Source: Takakia lepidozioides
Lineage: Eukaryota; Plantae; Bryophyta
Reading direction: 5' to 3'
Length of the DNA stretch: 64,000 nt
NCBI GenBank assembly: GCA_030704615.1
Contig: CM060734.1
Location: 28,210,001-28,274,000, forward strand
Shown: one piece after another, positions 23,870 to 36,872 of the stretch
Position numbering within the stretch: the first letter of the stretch is position 1
Layout of the letters: each line of letters starts with the position of its first letter
Made by a program: the position numbers and the translations under genes
Notes under the pieces: generated by a model
Told to the model about the DNA's origin: nothing
Databases searched by the model: none
The model's input: only the letters and a program-made list of their open reading frames with translations

Positions 23870-26800
23870 TTTCACCAAGATCGCGGGGCCGCTGTCAGAC
23901 CTTCTGTGTAAGTCCAAGGTCTGGGTATGGAACACTTTTTGTAGCCAAGCTTTTGCCAAGTTGAAGCAGCGGATGGCGGAAGCTCCGGTCCTGAAAATCC
24001 CGGAGTTCGACCGTCCATTTGAGATTCATATAGATGCGTCGGACTTCGCAATTGGGGGTGTACTCATGCAGGATGGACATCCAGTGGCTAACGAAAGTAA
24101 GAAACTGAATGAAGTGGAGCAACGGTGGCCTACGCACGAGAAAGAAATGAAGGCAGTGGTGCATTGCCTTGAGCTTTGGTGCCACTATGTTGGTTCCAAC
24201 CCGGTGAAGGTGTTCACGGACAATGTCACGGTGAAGTATTTTGCCACGTAGCCTAAGTTGTCCCCAAAACAACTTAGGTGGCAAGACATTTTGGCGGTGT
24301 TTGACATGGATATTTAGTACAAACCTGGACGGGACAATGTGGTGGCTGATGCTTTAAGTAAAAAGCAGCAGCTCATGTTGGTGTACAGGGGCGAGACGGC
24401 GCTCCAAAGGAAGATCCGGAAGGCTTACCGGAAGGATGAGATGGCGAAGTCCGTGATGCGGGACTTGAGGATGGGGGTTAAATCGTAGTTCCACTTGCAC
24501 AATGGACTGCTTCGGTACAAGCAAAAGTGTCTCTGTGCCGAAGGGAGGAATCAAATATAGTCTCTTGAGAGAATGCCAAGATGGCCCGCTTGCGGGCCAC
24601 GGCGGAGCCAAGCGCACCCGACACTCTTGAAGAAAGAGTATTTCTGGCCCAAACTGAGGGAGGAGGCTGAGGAGTATGTCAAGACATGCATCACATGCCA
24701 ACAAAACCGGAGCGAGTACAAAAAGCAAGCGGGGCTGTTACAACCCTTGCCGATTCCAGAGGGGTCTTGGGAAAGTGTCTCGATGGATTTCATGACTGCT
24801 ATGCCGCTGTCAAAAGGATTTGATTCGATCATGGTGGTGGTGGATAGATATAGTAAAATGGGCCATTTCATCCCCACCAAGGAGACGGCAACGGCGCAGG
24901 AGACGGGGAGATTTTACTTCGCCAACGTCTTCAAGCATCTTATTGTCTCGGACCGCGATCCAAAGTTTATTAGTAAATTTTGGAGGGCACTTTGGAAGAA
25001 AATGGGGACGAGGCTCAAAATGAGCACCGCCTTCCGACCTACGACGGACGGCCAAACGGAAAGGATGAATTCCATGGTGAAGCAGATCTTGCGGAATTAC
25101 GTGTCGGCAGACCAATCGGACTGGGTGGAGCACTAGGATGCGGCAGAGTTCTGTTATAATAACACAAAACACTCCGCAATGGGAATTTCCCCTTTGGTAT
25201 TGGTCTATGGAAAAACACCTCTGGTGCCGACAAGTTGGGCCGCCCAAGACGTTGAGGAACCGGCAGCAGTAGCGGTGCTGGAAGAACGCGAGCGTTTATT
25301 GAAGCTCGCAAAGTACAACATTGCCAAAGCTAGGATACGGTATGAACGGCAGGCGAATCAGAAGCGGAGGGAAGTTAAGTTTGAGGCAGGCATGGAGGTC
25401 TGGTTGAACATCAAGAATTTCCGACTACCTCCGAAAGTGAGTCCGAAGTTCGTACCTCCGTATGCGGGACCCTTTCGCATCCGGAAGGTTATGAATGAGG
25501 ATGTATATGAATTGGAGCTGCCGATAAACAACAAGGTGCATCCGGTATTCCACGTCTCCCTTTTGAAGCCTTACTTCAAAGATGAAGCGCGTCCGAATCG
25601 GCATCAAGTGTTGCGTCCACCACCTGTGCTGTTGAATCATGAAAATGAACCTGAGTACAAGGTGGAGGCAGTGCTTAAGTCAAGGAGGTTCAAGAATCGA
25701 GGAGTATCTCGTGAAATGGAAGGGCTATCATCATGTGGAGGCATCTTGGGTGGGTGCCTCAGAAATGGGAAACGCATCCGAGGACGTGGTTGCAGCTTTC
25801 GAAGGGCGACCTCAAAAGCGGAAGAAGCGTTGATGGGGACATCAACCTTGGAGCGTGGGGGAAAAAATGCATGCGTAGTCCGGCTTAGCTAGCTCAGGAA
25901 TCCGATTGCAAAAACTTGTGTTGTACAAATTTTGTTATAAATGAAATGGTTTCCAAATGTTGTGCTTCCTATTTTGTTTGGAATGGTGATGCATGGTATG
26001 GTTAGCTAGTGTGTAGGATGCATGCTAGCTTACAAAAGTGGGAGAGGTAAATTGGATTAATCGTGTGTTTGCACAGTGCCAAAAATCGGGTGACTCCCAT
26101 CCAAGGGGCAAGGAAACTTGCGCCTTCTTTGGGAGTTCACGTGCTAGTGCGCACCTGGCGCACGCGCGTACTATAACTGCGCTACCGAGGGGGTTGCCTT
26201 GTAGTGCGGGCTAACGCGGAAGCTACGTGCTTCCGTTCACATACTATAATCGTGTAGCCTCGGGACGAAGTCGTAGTGCGGCTTCGGCGTGTTCCCGTAC
26301 CTCCGGCCAACATTCCAAGGCGGACCCAATTGTAGTGATTGGGGCGCACGGTTGGTTCAAGGTTATCTTCCTAGTAAAAAAGGGTTCAAGATGAACCCTT
26401 GCTCAAGGTGATGCCAAAAGCGGCATCATGAGCGGTCGCAAGCAATGTTGTTGCAGTAAGGCGATTCGATCCTCAAGGAGGATCGTTCATTGGCCTTGAA
26501 GTGGGCCAAGAAGAGTGCACTGGGTGGAGCTTGAGAGGCTCCACCCTTGGCCGGGACTTGGAGGAAGTCGGCCGAACTAGCTAGTGGAGAGTAGAGTCAA
26601 GTGTGGGGTTTGGTTCTTTGCCATGGGACGCCATGGTGCCGAAACAAACTCATTGATGTTGGACGCCACAACTTGGATGTTCGTTTCTACAAAATGGACA
26701 AGTCGATGAGGACATCGACTCCCTGTTGGTAGGGGTGTGTGTCGCGGCCCTTTGCCTTGAGGGCAGGGGGTCGAACACAATGGGGGCAGTGGGCAACAAT

Positions 26801-27447
26801 AGATGCGGGGGCTGAAGCACCCTTGAGTGCCCAAGGCACTCAAGGAGGCAGAGGCGCTCACTAGGTGGAGCCCCGCACACCGGGTTGCGGTGGGGGTGGT
26901 TCCACGAGGGGTGATGGTAGCTTAGTGGGTCTTAGTGGGGGTGACATAGGACTCACCATGGGGTGGAGACCTTGTGGTGGGAGTCGTGGGGAGTCTTGGG
27001 ACTCATCACGGTCCAATGGGGCCGTGGTGGGTGGGCCAAGACTCACCGCGACTCATCACCAGGAATCGAGGGTCTTCGTGGTGGTTTGCCATAAGAGGAT
27101 GGTGTTGTTTGTGGAACCCCCGTGGACAGTCACAGAAGTATATATAGGGAGTAGTAACCCCGAGAACGGTGCAAGCCCGTTGGTGACCAAAAACTAGTGA
27201 GTGAGCGAGCGAGCCGGAAAGCGACCAAGGAGTGGGGAGCTATTCCGGACTGCCATCTACCAAAGGGAATTTCCACTAGGCCCAAATTGGTGGAGGGTCT
27301 GTTGGAGGAGCAAAAGGGGGACCGTTATGTCCCGGTGAGCAGTCGAAGCTCTGAGTTGGCCCGGCGGCCAGCTGGGGAGTTAGGCGCGTGCACCAAAGCG
27401 AGTAACTATGACTTGAAGGGGAGCTTACCATAGTGAGGTGCGCGACA
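23870..27447 (+). mobile_element. Chromovirus A copy 3, 5'-truncated (RNase H, integrase, chromodomain, tail, LTR 26740-27447)
   Basis: Co-linear with copy 2. LTR runs TGTCGCG...CGCGACA. Confidence 0.95.
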
Positions 27448-27965
27448 AGGCGCATTTGGCGGGAAAATGAACTCTCCAACAGCCCTGTATATGACGTTGT
27501 CCGATGGTGGAACTTACCATTCCCTGCCGTCGCCAAAATCGTCCTGGAGCACAACAATACTTTTGACTACAACTCCATTTGAATCCATCTTTTCCACCTC
27601 CAAGAACACTGACCCCGGTTTCAGGTGGTATCGGACGCAGAGATATTTTTTGGCAACCCGACATACTCCCCCTCTGCACCGAAATGTGGCTCTGTGCTTG
27701 TGAGGAGGGCAGTACACTATAGCGCTCGAGTTTGCAGCCATGGCAGATACGCACAGATGACTCGGCGTCCGGGCAAGCGCCCTGGGAGAAGCGGGGATGT
27801 AGCTAGGCAAAGTAATGCAGGGCCCATCTGGACGACCGAGGAAGCCTATTCACGAATTCGGCGAGCCCACACTCCCAAAAATCCACTGTCAGAGTTTTCA
27901 TGAACCTGGTCTACGAATTGTGGCCCTGCTCTTTGGAAATAACTACCAACGGTATGCAGTCAGAA
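27448..27965 (-). pseudogene. MULE transposase copy 2: upstream region and N-terminus
   Basis: Reverse complement of ~5461-5983 (SAIVYCPPHKHRATFRCRGGVCRVAKKYLCVRYHLKPGSVFLE). Confidence 0.88.
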
Positions 27966-28284
27966 GGCTGCAGACCGGTGCAGGTGCCCTGCGCAAATTA
28001 TCGACTGCGGCTGACGAGAGGCGTGGGGACGAGCGTGCAAGATTTCAGTTTGGGTACAAGATTGAAGAGTGCTGGACCCTCTCAGGCAAAAGTGCACATT
28101 CAATAGAAATCATCATTGCACACAAACTGGAACTTTTGCTCAATAAACACTTTTATTCATATATTGAACTGACAACTATGCATGGCCTCACAAGCCGAGG
28201 TAAGCTTCAAGTATGCATGCAATCTATGCCATTTGCTGCCATGTTGCAGTGTTGTCACCAAGAAGTTGGAACCTTGATTGGCCT

Positions 28285-28821
28285 CTAAACAAGCTCATGA
28301 CGGATTGGGTGTCGGTAGGTGAAGACATTCCATGCAGTCCGGTCCCCTTTGCTGTAGTGGACAACGGTGTCATGTCTCCCGATATACTCGCCATCGTAAA
28401 TGGATATTTTGGCGGTGGAAACTCTGTGCCCGTAGGACTCATCCTCGTAGCTTATGAGAATGTCCCCATAGACTGTTTGCGAGGGAATTTGCGGCGGCTT
28501 GTACGTGGCGCCGATGCAATCGTCGTAGACCCACTGGTAGCACCTCCAATAATACATGAAGGCCATGCGGCTTTTGGGGATGTCCCATGCAGGCGGTACA
28601 TCTAGATCGACGATTTGCAGACACCAGAGCCGCGCAAGCCCGTCCCCGCGAGGCCCATCGTGGAAGCTAGGAAGGTACTTCAGAGCGGTCAAGCTCACCT
28701 ACCTCTGTTGAGACTCGTTTACCCAATCCTGCAGGAATATGAAAATGTCTCCTGACCTAGGCGAGAAGTTCCACGGGGTGAGATCCCCATTGGGGCGATT
28801 GCTGGGATGCCGACACGCCAT
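28285..28821 (-). pseudogene. Orphan ~178-aa ORF with one in-frame stop
   Basis: MACRHPSN..QQR*VSLTALKYLP..HELV is in one frame with aromatic-rich, globular-like composition. No recognised family. Confidence 0.45.
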
Positions 28822-29099
28822 CGCTTTGTGACTGAAGCCAAGCAAGAGGCCGGGAAGCAGACCAACTGTCCTGGGAGTATGGGAGGAGAGGAAGTGGGAG
28901 GAGCGGACGAAATGAGCTTGACCTGCTTCCCAGATTTGAACGCAGTGGGTGTAGGTGGTAATTTGGACAAGTGGCAAAGAAAGAAGCAGCATTTAATATG
29001 CCCGTACCCAGGAATGATTCACAGCATTTACTTCGTGGTCGGCTCCATAAAAGCGTGTCTCGGGAGAGCTCCTGCGGGCTGCAAGTGGCTGCAAGTGGC

Positions 29100-32000
29100 G
29101 GCCGGAATCCATCCCCCGGATTGTAATATGGCGCTGAATTTCCATCTGACAAGGGTTGGATGAAGTCGTCTCGGGGGGAGAGGGCTCCACGTGGCTGCCA
29201 GAATCCATCCCCCGAATGGAAATTTGGTGCCGAATTTCCATCCGAGAGGGGTTGGATGAAGTCGTCTCGGGGGCAGAGGCCTGCACGTGGATGCCAGAAT
29301 CCATCCCTCGGATGGAAATATGACGCCGAATTTCCATCCGGGGGGGTTGGTTGAAGTCCTCTCGGGGGCAGAGGCCTCCACGTGGCTGCCAAAAATCATC
29401 CCCTGGATGGGAATATGGCGCCGAATTCCATCCGAGGCCTGAACGTGCCTAGCAGAAATCATCCCCCGGATGGAAATATGGTGCCGAATTTCCATCCCGG
29501 GCCTCTATGTGGCTGCCAGAAATCATCCCCCGGATGGAAATATGGCGCCGAATTTCCATCCGAGGCCTAAACGTGGCTGCCAGAAATCGTCCCCCGGATG
29601 GAAATATGGCACCATATTTCCATCCGAGGCCTAAACGTGGCTGCCAGAAATCATCCCCGGATGGAAATATGGCGCCGAATTTCCATCCGAGGCCTAAACG
29701 GGGCTGCCAGAAATCATGTCCCGGATGGAAATATGGCGCCATATTTCCACCCGAGGCCTGCACGCGGCTGCCAGAAATCATGCCCCGGATGGAAATATGG
29801 CGCCGAATTTCCACCCGAGGCTGGAACGTGGCTGCCAGAAATCATGCCCCGGATGGAAATATGGCGCCATATTTCTACCCGAGGCTGGAACGTGGCTGCC
29901 AGAAATCTTGCCCCGGATGGAAATATGGCGCCAAATTTCCATCCGAGGCCTCCACGTGCCTGGCAGAAATCATCCCCCGGATGAAAATGTGGCGCCGAAT
30001 TTCCATCTGAGGGGGTCGGATCGTGCCACTCTGGACATTTTAAACCCTTTACTCCCATTTTTCGTGGTTTTGTTGTCTACTTCGCCCAGAAAACATACAA
30101 TTTCCTTCCTCCGGGTCCCTTTTGTTCCCTTTATCGGTGCAAATTTCATTCCATGGATGGAAATTTGGCGCCGTTTTCCATCCTAGGGGTCCACGTCAGT
30201 GCCAGAGTTCATCCTCCGGATGGAAATTCGGCGCCGTATTTCCATCCTAAGGGCCAGGGATGAAGTCCTTGGGGGCCGAGATGGGTGCATATGGCTGCCA
30301 GATTTCATCCCCGGATGGAAATATGGTGCCGAATTTCCATCCGGAGGGCCAGGGAAGAAGTCGTGTGGGGCCGATATGGTTCCAGTTGGCTGCCAGAGTT
30401 CATCCGCCCGATGGAAATTCGGCGCCGTATTTCCATCCTAGGGGCCAGGGATGAAGTCCTGGTGGGCCGAGATGGGTCCACATGGCTGCCACAGTTCATT
30501 CCCCCGATGGAAATTCGGCGCCGCATTTCTATCCTAGGGGCCAGGGATGAAGTCCTAGTGGGCCGAGATGGGTCCACATGGCTGACAGCGTTCATCCCCC
30601 CGATGGAAATTCGGCGCCGTATTTCCATCCTAGGGGCCGGGGATGAAGTCCTGGTGGGCCGAGATGGGTCCACATGGCTGACAGAGTTCATCCCCCCGAT
30701 GGAAATTTGGCGCCGTATTTCCATCCGAGGGGCAATGAATGAAGTCCTTGGGGGCCGAGTTGGGTGCATATGGCTGCCAGATTTCATCCCCAAATGGAAA
30801 TATGGTGCCAAATTTCCATCCGGAGGGCCAGGGAAGAAGTCGTGTGGGGCCGATATGGTTCCAGTTGGCTGCCAGAGTTCATCCGCCCGATGGAAATTCG
30901 GCGCCGTATTTCCATCCTAGGGGCCAGGGATGAAGTCCTGGTGGGCCGAGATGGGTCCACATGGCTGCCATAGTTCATCCCGATGGAAATTCGACGCCGT
31001 ATTTCCATCCTAAGGGCCAGGGATGAAGTCCTGGTGGGACCCAGATGGGTCCACATGGCTGTCAGAGTTCATCCCCCCGATGGAAATTCGGCGCCGTATT
31101 TCCATTCTAGGGGCCAGGGATGAAGTCCTGGTGGGCCGATATGGTTCCAGTTGGCTGCCAGAGTTCATCCGCCCGATGGAAATTTGGCGCCGTATTTCCA
31201 TCCTAGGGGCCAAGGTTGAAGTCCTGGTGGGCCGAGATGGGTCCACATGGCTGCCACAGTTCATCCCCCCGATGGAAATTCGGCGCCGTATTTCCATCCT
31301 AGGGGCCAGGGATGAAGTCCTGGTGGGCCGAGATGGGTCCACATGGCTGCCAGTGTTCATCCCCCCCGATGGAAATTCGGCGCAGTATTTCCATCCTAGG
31401 AGCCAGGGAGGAAGTCCTGGTGGGCCAAGATGGGTCCACATGGCTGACAGAGTTCATCCCCCCGATGGAAATTTGGCGCCGTATTTCCATCCGAGGGGCA
31501 ATGGATGAAGTCCTTGGGGGCCGAGTTGGGTGCATATGGCTGCCAGATTTCATCCCCAAATGGAAATATGGTGCCAAATTTCCATCCGGAGGGCCAGGGA
31601 AGAAGTCGTGTGGGGCCGATATGGTTCCAGTTGGCTGCCAGAGTTCATCCGCCCGATGGAAATTCGGCGCCGTATTTCCATCCTAGGGGCCAGGGATGAA
31701 GTCCCGGTGGGCCGAGATGGGTCCACATGGCTGCCGGAGTTCATCCCGATGGAAATTCGATGCCGTATTTCCATCCTAAGGGCTAGGGATGAAGTCCTGG
31801 TGGGACCCAGATGGGTCCACATGGCTGTCAGAGTTCATCCCCCCGATGGAAATTCGGCGCCGTATTTCCATTCTAGGGGCCAGGGATGAAGTCCTGGTGG
31901 GCCGATATGGTTCCAGTTGGCTGCCAGAGTTCATCCGCCCGATGGAAATTTGGCGCCGTATTTCCATCCTAGGGGCCAAGGATGAAGTCCTGGTGGGCCG

Positions 32001-33030
32001 AGATGGGTCCACATGGCTGCCACAGTTCATCCCCCCGATGGAAATTCGGCGCCGTATTTCCATCCTAGGGGCCAGGGATGAAGTCCTGGTGGGCCGAGAT
32101 GGGTCCACATGGCTGCCAGTGTTCATCCCCCCCGATGGAAATTCGGCGCAGTATTTCCATCCTAGGAGCCAGGGAGGAAGTCCTGGTGGGCCAAGATGGG
32201 TCCACATGGCTAACAACGTTCATCCCCCTGATGGAAATTCGGCGCCGTATTTCCATCCTAGGGGTTAGGGATGAAGTCCTGGTGGGCCGAGATGGGTCCA
32301 CATGGCTGCCAGAGTTCATCCCCCCGATGGAAATATGGTGCCGAATTTCCATCCGGAGGGCCAGGGAAGAAGTCGTGTGGGGTCGATATGGTTCCAGTTG
32401 GCTGCCAGAGTTCATCCGCCCGATGGAAATTCGGCGCCGTATTTTCATCCTAGGGGCCAGGGATGAAGTCTTGGTGGGCCGAGATGGGTCCACATGGCTG
32501 CCAGAGTTCATCCCCCCGATGGAAATTCGGCGCTGTATTTCCATCCGAGGGGCTAGGGATGAAGTCGTGGGGGGCCGACATGGGTGCATGTGGCTGTCAA
32601 ATTTCATCCCCCGGATGGAAATTCGGCGCCGTATTTCCATCCGAGGGGGCGGGGATGAAGTCCTCGGGGGCCCGGATGGGCCCAGATGGCTGCCACAGTT
32701 CATCCCCCGGATGGAAATTTGGTGCCGTATTTCCATCCGAGGGGCCAGGGATGAAGTCCTGGGGGGGCGGAGATGGGTGCATGTGCTGCAAGATTTCATT
32801 CCCCGGATGGAAATTCAGCGCCGTATTTCCATCCGAGGGGGCGGGGATGAAGTCCTCGAGGGCCTGGATGGGTCCTCTCGATGGTGCCAAACTTCATCCC
32901 CCGGATGGAATTATGGCGCCGAATTTCCATCCGAGGGGTCTGTGATGAAGTCGTCTCGGGCGGAGTGGGCTCCACGTGCCTGCCAGAGTTCATCACCCCG
33001 AATGGAAATATGGCGCCTTTTTTTGGGCGG
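29100..33030. repeat. Palindrome array 2 (~44 cores; 96-bp, 64-bp, then 96-bp units)
   Basis: 64-bp units in 29400-30010 and 96-bp units in 30200-33030, with a 766-bp higher-order repeat. Confidence 0.95.
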
Positions 33031-33275
33031 ATGAAGTCCTGTCGGGGTATGACTTGGACAGGAGTCGCCCTGGGCGAGTTCGCAACCTGTCACAGTTATT
33101 CCCGGCGGCCCGCATTTATGTTTCACCATCTTCCTTTTTGAACCCGGATCGTCCGCACGGATTCCATGCTAGCTTCCTGGCTACGCCTGGAGCCACTGAT
33201 GTGACGTGTGGATGAAGTTCCTTTCCCCGAATGCCACAACGTATTATGCGTTTGATTTTACTATTAGTCGAACTT

Positions 33276-36170
33276 ATGCCGTGTGGAGAAGGGCGAGGCT
33301 CTCCTCAGAAACCCCCCATCGAGGCCGCGGCGCAAACTGAAACCTTTGTACTACGGGCCACGACCAACGTCTCGCATGGCCAGACTGAAGCTACAGCATG
33401 AGATACCCTTGTCTTGCTCGCAGCCTATGCCAACTGAAGCCAAGCACTCTGAGGTGAGCGCATGTTTCTTCCGCTTTTTGTAGATGTGTCGTCCTCTTCT
33501 TCGCGCCCGAACATTTTCTTTGTGCTTCTGCATGTGCGATTGCAAATGATTGTTGGCAATTACTTGTATTTGCTTTCATGCTTATCCCTACTCTGCCTGT
33601 CACGACTGTTGATTTGATTTGGATGGTGCCGCCCGTGTTGGGAATGACAGAGTGGAGATGATTGGGACATGGTGGTGGTATCCTCGACTGCTCCAAGTCG
33701 ACGAGCGGTGACTCCAACCCATCGACCGCAGTCTGACAGTCATTGACAGCAGTCTGCGGTCTCTGATATTTGCATTCTCGGGTCGCCTACGTGGGCACTG
33801 GAGGCCAATCCAAAACTAGTTCCTTTTGTTGGCGGAAGAGAGGCGCTGGAGCAGGAGTACGCCCGAAGAGGCATTCGGGAGATTGCTTCTGCAGCAGTCG
33901 GCATGGCAGGTGCAGGGCAACGGAAACAGGTGGCAGATCCCCCATCCATGAGGTCGATGCACAGGCAGGGGGGCCCGCCCACACAAAGAAGAAGAAGAAA
34001 AAAGGCGAAGCACATGCAATCCCCAGCCAAAGAGGAGGCACACGTTGCTGAGGGGGGAGTGAACAAAATACCCACCAAACACCAAGAGGGTGTGACTTCC
34101 CCGGGGTCGAAGGTGGTGGACCTAGAGGCCTCACCTATAGCCACGCCATCTAAGAAACAAAAGGCCCGAGAGAGGGCAAAAGACAGGGCAAGAGAACATG
34201 GCAGAGAGAAGGCCAAGGTTTAGGCAAGAGAGAAGGCCACTGAAAAGACCACTGAAGAGGCAGTGACACAAGCACTGACAAGCGAGAGAGGTACCATGAC
34301 ACCTGAACTAGATAGAGCCATTAAGAAACCGGCAGAGGGAGAGGAGAAAATACCACACACACTGGGGTATGGGGCAGGTGGAGGGGAAGATGCACTTGCC
34401 ACATTGCAAGGCATTGTTGAGCTTCCGTTGGTACATGTCGGATATGAGGAGGAGAGGGACCTTTCTGACCAGGATGACATCCTCCCGGAGATCCCCAAGG
34501 CCCAAAGCCGGAGCATACAGGCTGGATTTGGTGGTTCTGGTGGTCTTCCAGAGAACCCCCCTGCAACAAACGTCATGTCGGAGGCGGATATGAAGTTGGC
34601 CGCTGCCAAGATGTTGGAGGCAACCCACAGCAACATTGGCAGGGTACTAGGAGGCATGGTCTACCCAGCAAAGCTGCGGATTCCGCTCTGCCGCATGGTA
34701 TCGATGCAGGTGGTCAGACCTTCCTTTTACGGTTATATCGACAAGCTCAAATTATCTTTTTGGGATGGATATCGTATGGGGTCATGAAGAGAGCAGAACG
34801 CAATACCCAAAAGATATAGTCGACCATGGCGTCCATGCTCAGCCTGTACCATGTTCTGTCAGCCTTTGCCTCCAACTTCCGCAGGATATCGGTACTTAGA
34901 CACCGGCTGCCTCCCCACATCCTTCACTCGGAAGAGCATGTGGGACAAGTTGGTGACAATGAAGGCAGTCTCCGTAACCCTGCAATGCCACAGTTGCAAT
35001 ATGTGAGGGGCTTGCCGCCGAAATGACTATGAAATTGCAAGTTCCAGTGCAAGGAGCATTTGAACTTACGTGTTTATGTCCGCCATAGCAGCCTTGAGAA
35101 GACTGCGATCCGCCGTACCCTCCACTTTCAGCACAACACACTCCACGGCGTAATGCCAATCTAGTTCGTCGGGGTGTACTTGGGCTATGTGCTCCATCCA
35201 TGCGGCAAGCCAATGGTTCCCGTCCCATACGAAGAACATTTTTCCGGACAAGTGCTGGAAAAGAGGATTGTTAACAATCGATTTCTCGAACTCGCCGTTT
35301 TGCATTTCTCGATTTTTTGCTGTGGAATTAGAAGACCATGCTTTGTAATTGCTATGTGCTTTGCTGACAGACGAGAATTGACCAAGATTTGGCACATGCG
35401 AGGAGGGTCTACATGGAGTCAGAGGAAAAGAAATTGACCCTGGGTGCACTCGAATCGTCTGTCAGCGCTGCCGAGGCAAAGGCGCGCCTCAAGTACAAGT
35501 CTCGGATGATGAAGTACGTGGTCATTGCTGATCCCGCACTCGGTGACAACTTTCTTGAGGAGGTGGGGAAGCACTACTCACGGGCTCTTAAGCCAACAAT
35601 GACAATCGAGAAACTACATCGTCTAGCCACAGCGTGTGTGGAGGTTAATCATTCTGAACCAACTTGGACTCTTCATGCAACAATGTGTTCCCTTACTTTA
35701 TTTTGCTTACTAATATCCACGTTGGTTGGACAGACCCGATGGCTCCAAATCTGGAATGGGTCTCAGAGTATTCGGGACATGTGGAGCTTCCCAAAACTTG
35801 ACAAATTGTCCGACCCCACATTCGACCTCTGGATGAACCGCATGACATGGTGGTTTCAGGTTGTTTTCAAGCTTTTTTGGTGCTTCCCCTCTTGTATCAC
35901 GTAGATTTCCGGCATTTCTTGAAGAATGTTGACTGATAGGGACTATCCACATGTCACCACAAATGCGCAAGAGCAGCTGGACACCCAAGCCCACCAGTTC
36001 AAGTTGAAGATAGCGGCAGGAGCAGAGAGCTGCCTCACCGACTATGTGACGAGGTACTTTCTGCTATTTAAAACCGACCTATTCTATCAAGAGATGTCGC
36101 ATGCCCGGAGAAGTCATGAGTTCACCAATCAGCCGAACGCGGACAAAGCGGCAATGCGCCTTCTATACAG
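33276..36170 (+). pseudogene. Spliced ParB/Srx-like gene, copy 2 (internal inversion ~34786-35305)
   Basis: Low-complexity N-terminus, then DLSDQDDILPEIP..GYRMGS. The inverted piece carries VWDGNHWLAAW. Later exons TRIDQDLAHARR.., GQTRWLQIW.. and ..AAMRLLY end at an AG|GTAAAC donor at 36170. Confidence 0.75.
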
Positions 36171-36244
36171 GTAAACATCATGGGCTCTTATTACATTTGT
36201 ACCCATTTTCTATGTCGCCCAATTCTTTGGCGTGGAAATGGTTG

Positions 36245-36872
36245 TCCCATGAGCGGCTAAGTTCCATGAGTGCGTATATCTAGCTTAGGGCCCAAAACGG
36301 CTAAGTCCCATGACATCGGAAACTACTCGGGGACTTAGCCATTTTAGCCCCCTAGACTAGAAATTCGGCACCATATATCCAGGTTGGGGCCCAAAACGGC
36401 TCAGTCCCATGAGTGCCTGTATCCGACTCTGGAAAAATGGCGCCGCATTTCCAGATTCGGGCAAGGCCGCCCCTGGGACTTAGCCATCTCCGGCCGCACA
36501 CTGGAAATTCGGCGCCATATATCCAGCTTGGGGCCCAAAACGGCTAAGTCCCATGAGTGCCTGTATCCGACTCTGGAAAAATGGCGCCGCATTTCCAGAT
36601 TCGGGCAAGGCCACCCCTGGGACTTGGCCATTTCCGGCCGCACACTGGAAATTCGGCGCCATATGGATGTTTGGGGCCCAAAACAGCTAAGTCCCATGAC
36701 ATCGGAAGGTACTCGGGGACTTAGCCATTTTGGCCCCCCAGACTGGAAATTCGGCGCCATATATCCAGGTTGGGGCCCAAAACGGCTATCCCATGAGTGC
36801 CTGTATCTGACTCTGGAAAAATGGCGCCGCATTTCCAGATTCGGGCAGGCCACCCCTGGGACTTAGCCATTT
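36245..36872. repeat. Palindrome array 3 (7 cores, mostly 72-bp spacing, 144-bp dimer)
   Basis: CTGGAAAAATGGCGCCGCATTTCCAG alternates with CTGGAAATTCGGCGCCATATATCCAG. Spacer contains the inverted pair GGCTAAGTCCC/GGGACTTAGCC. Confidence 0.92.

Noticed and set aside
29100-33030. Palindrome-spacer arrays as CRISPR
   Set aside because: Spacers are themselves repeated and homogenised, cores vary, no cas genes are present, and the context is eukaryotic with introns.
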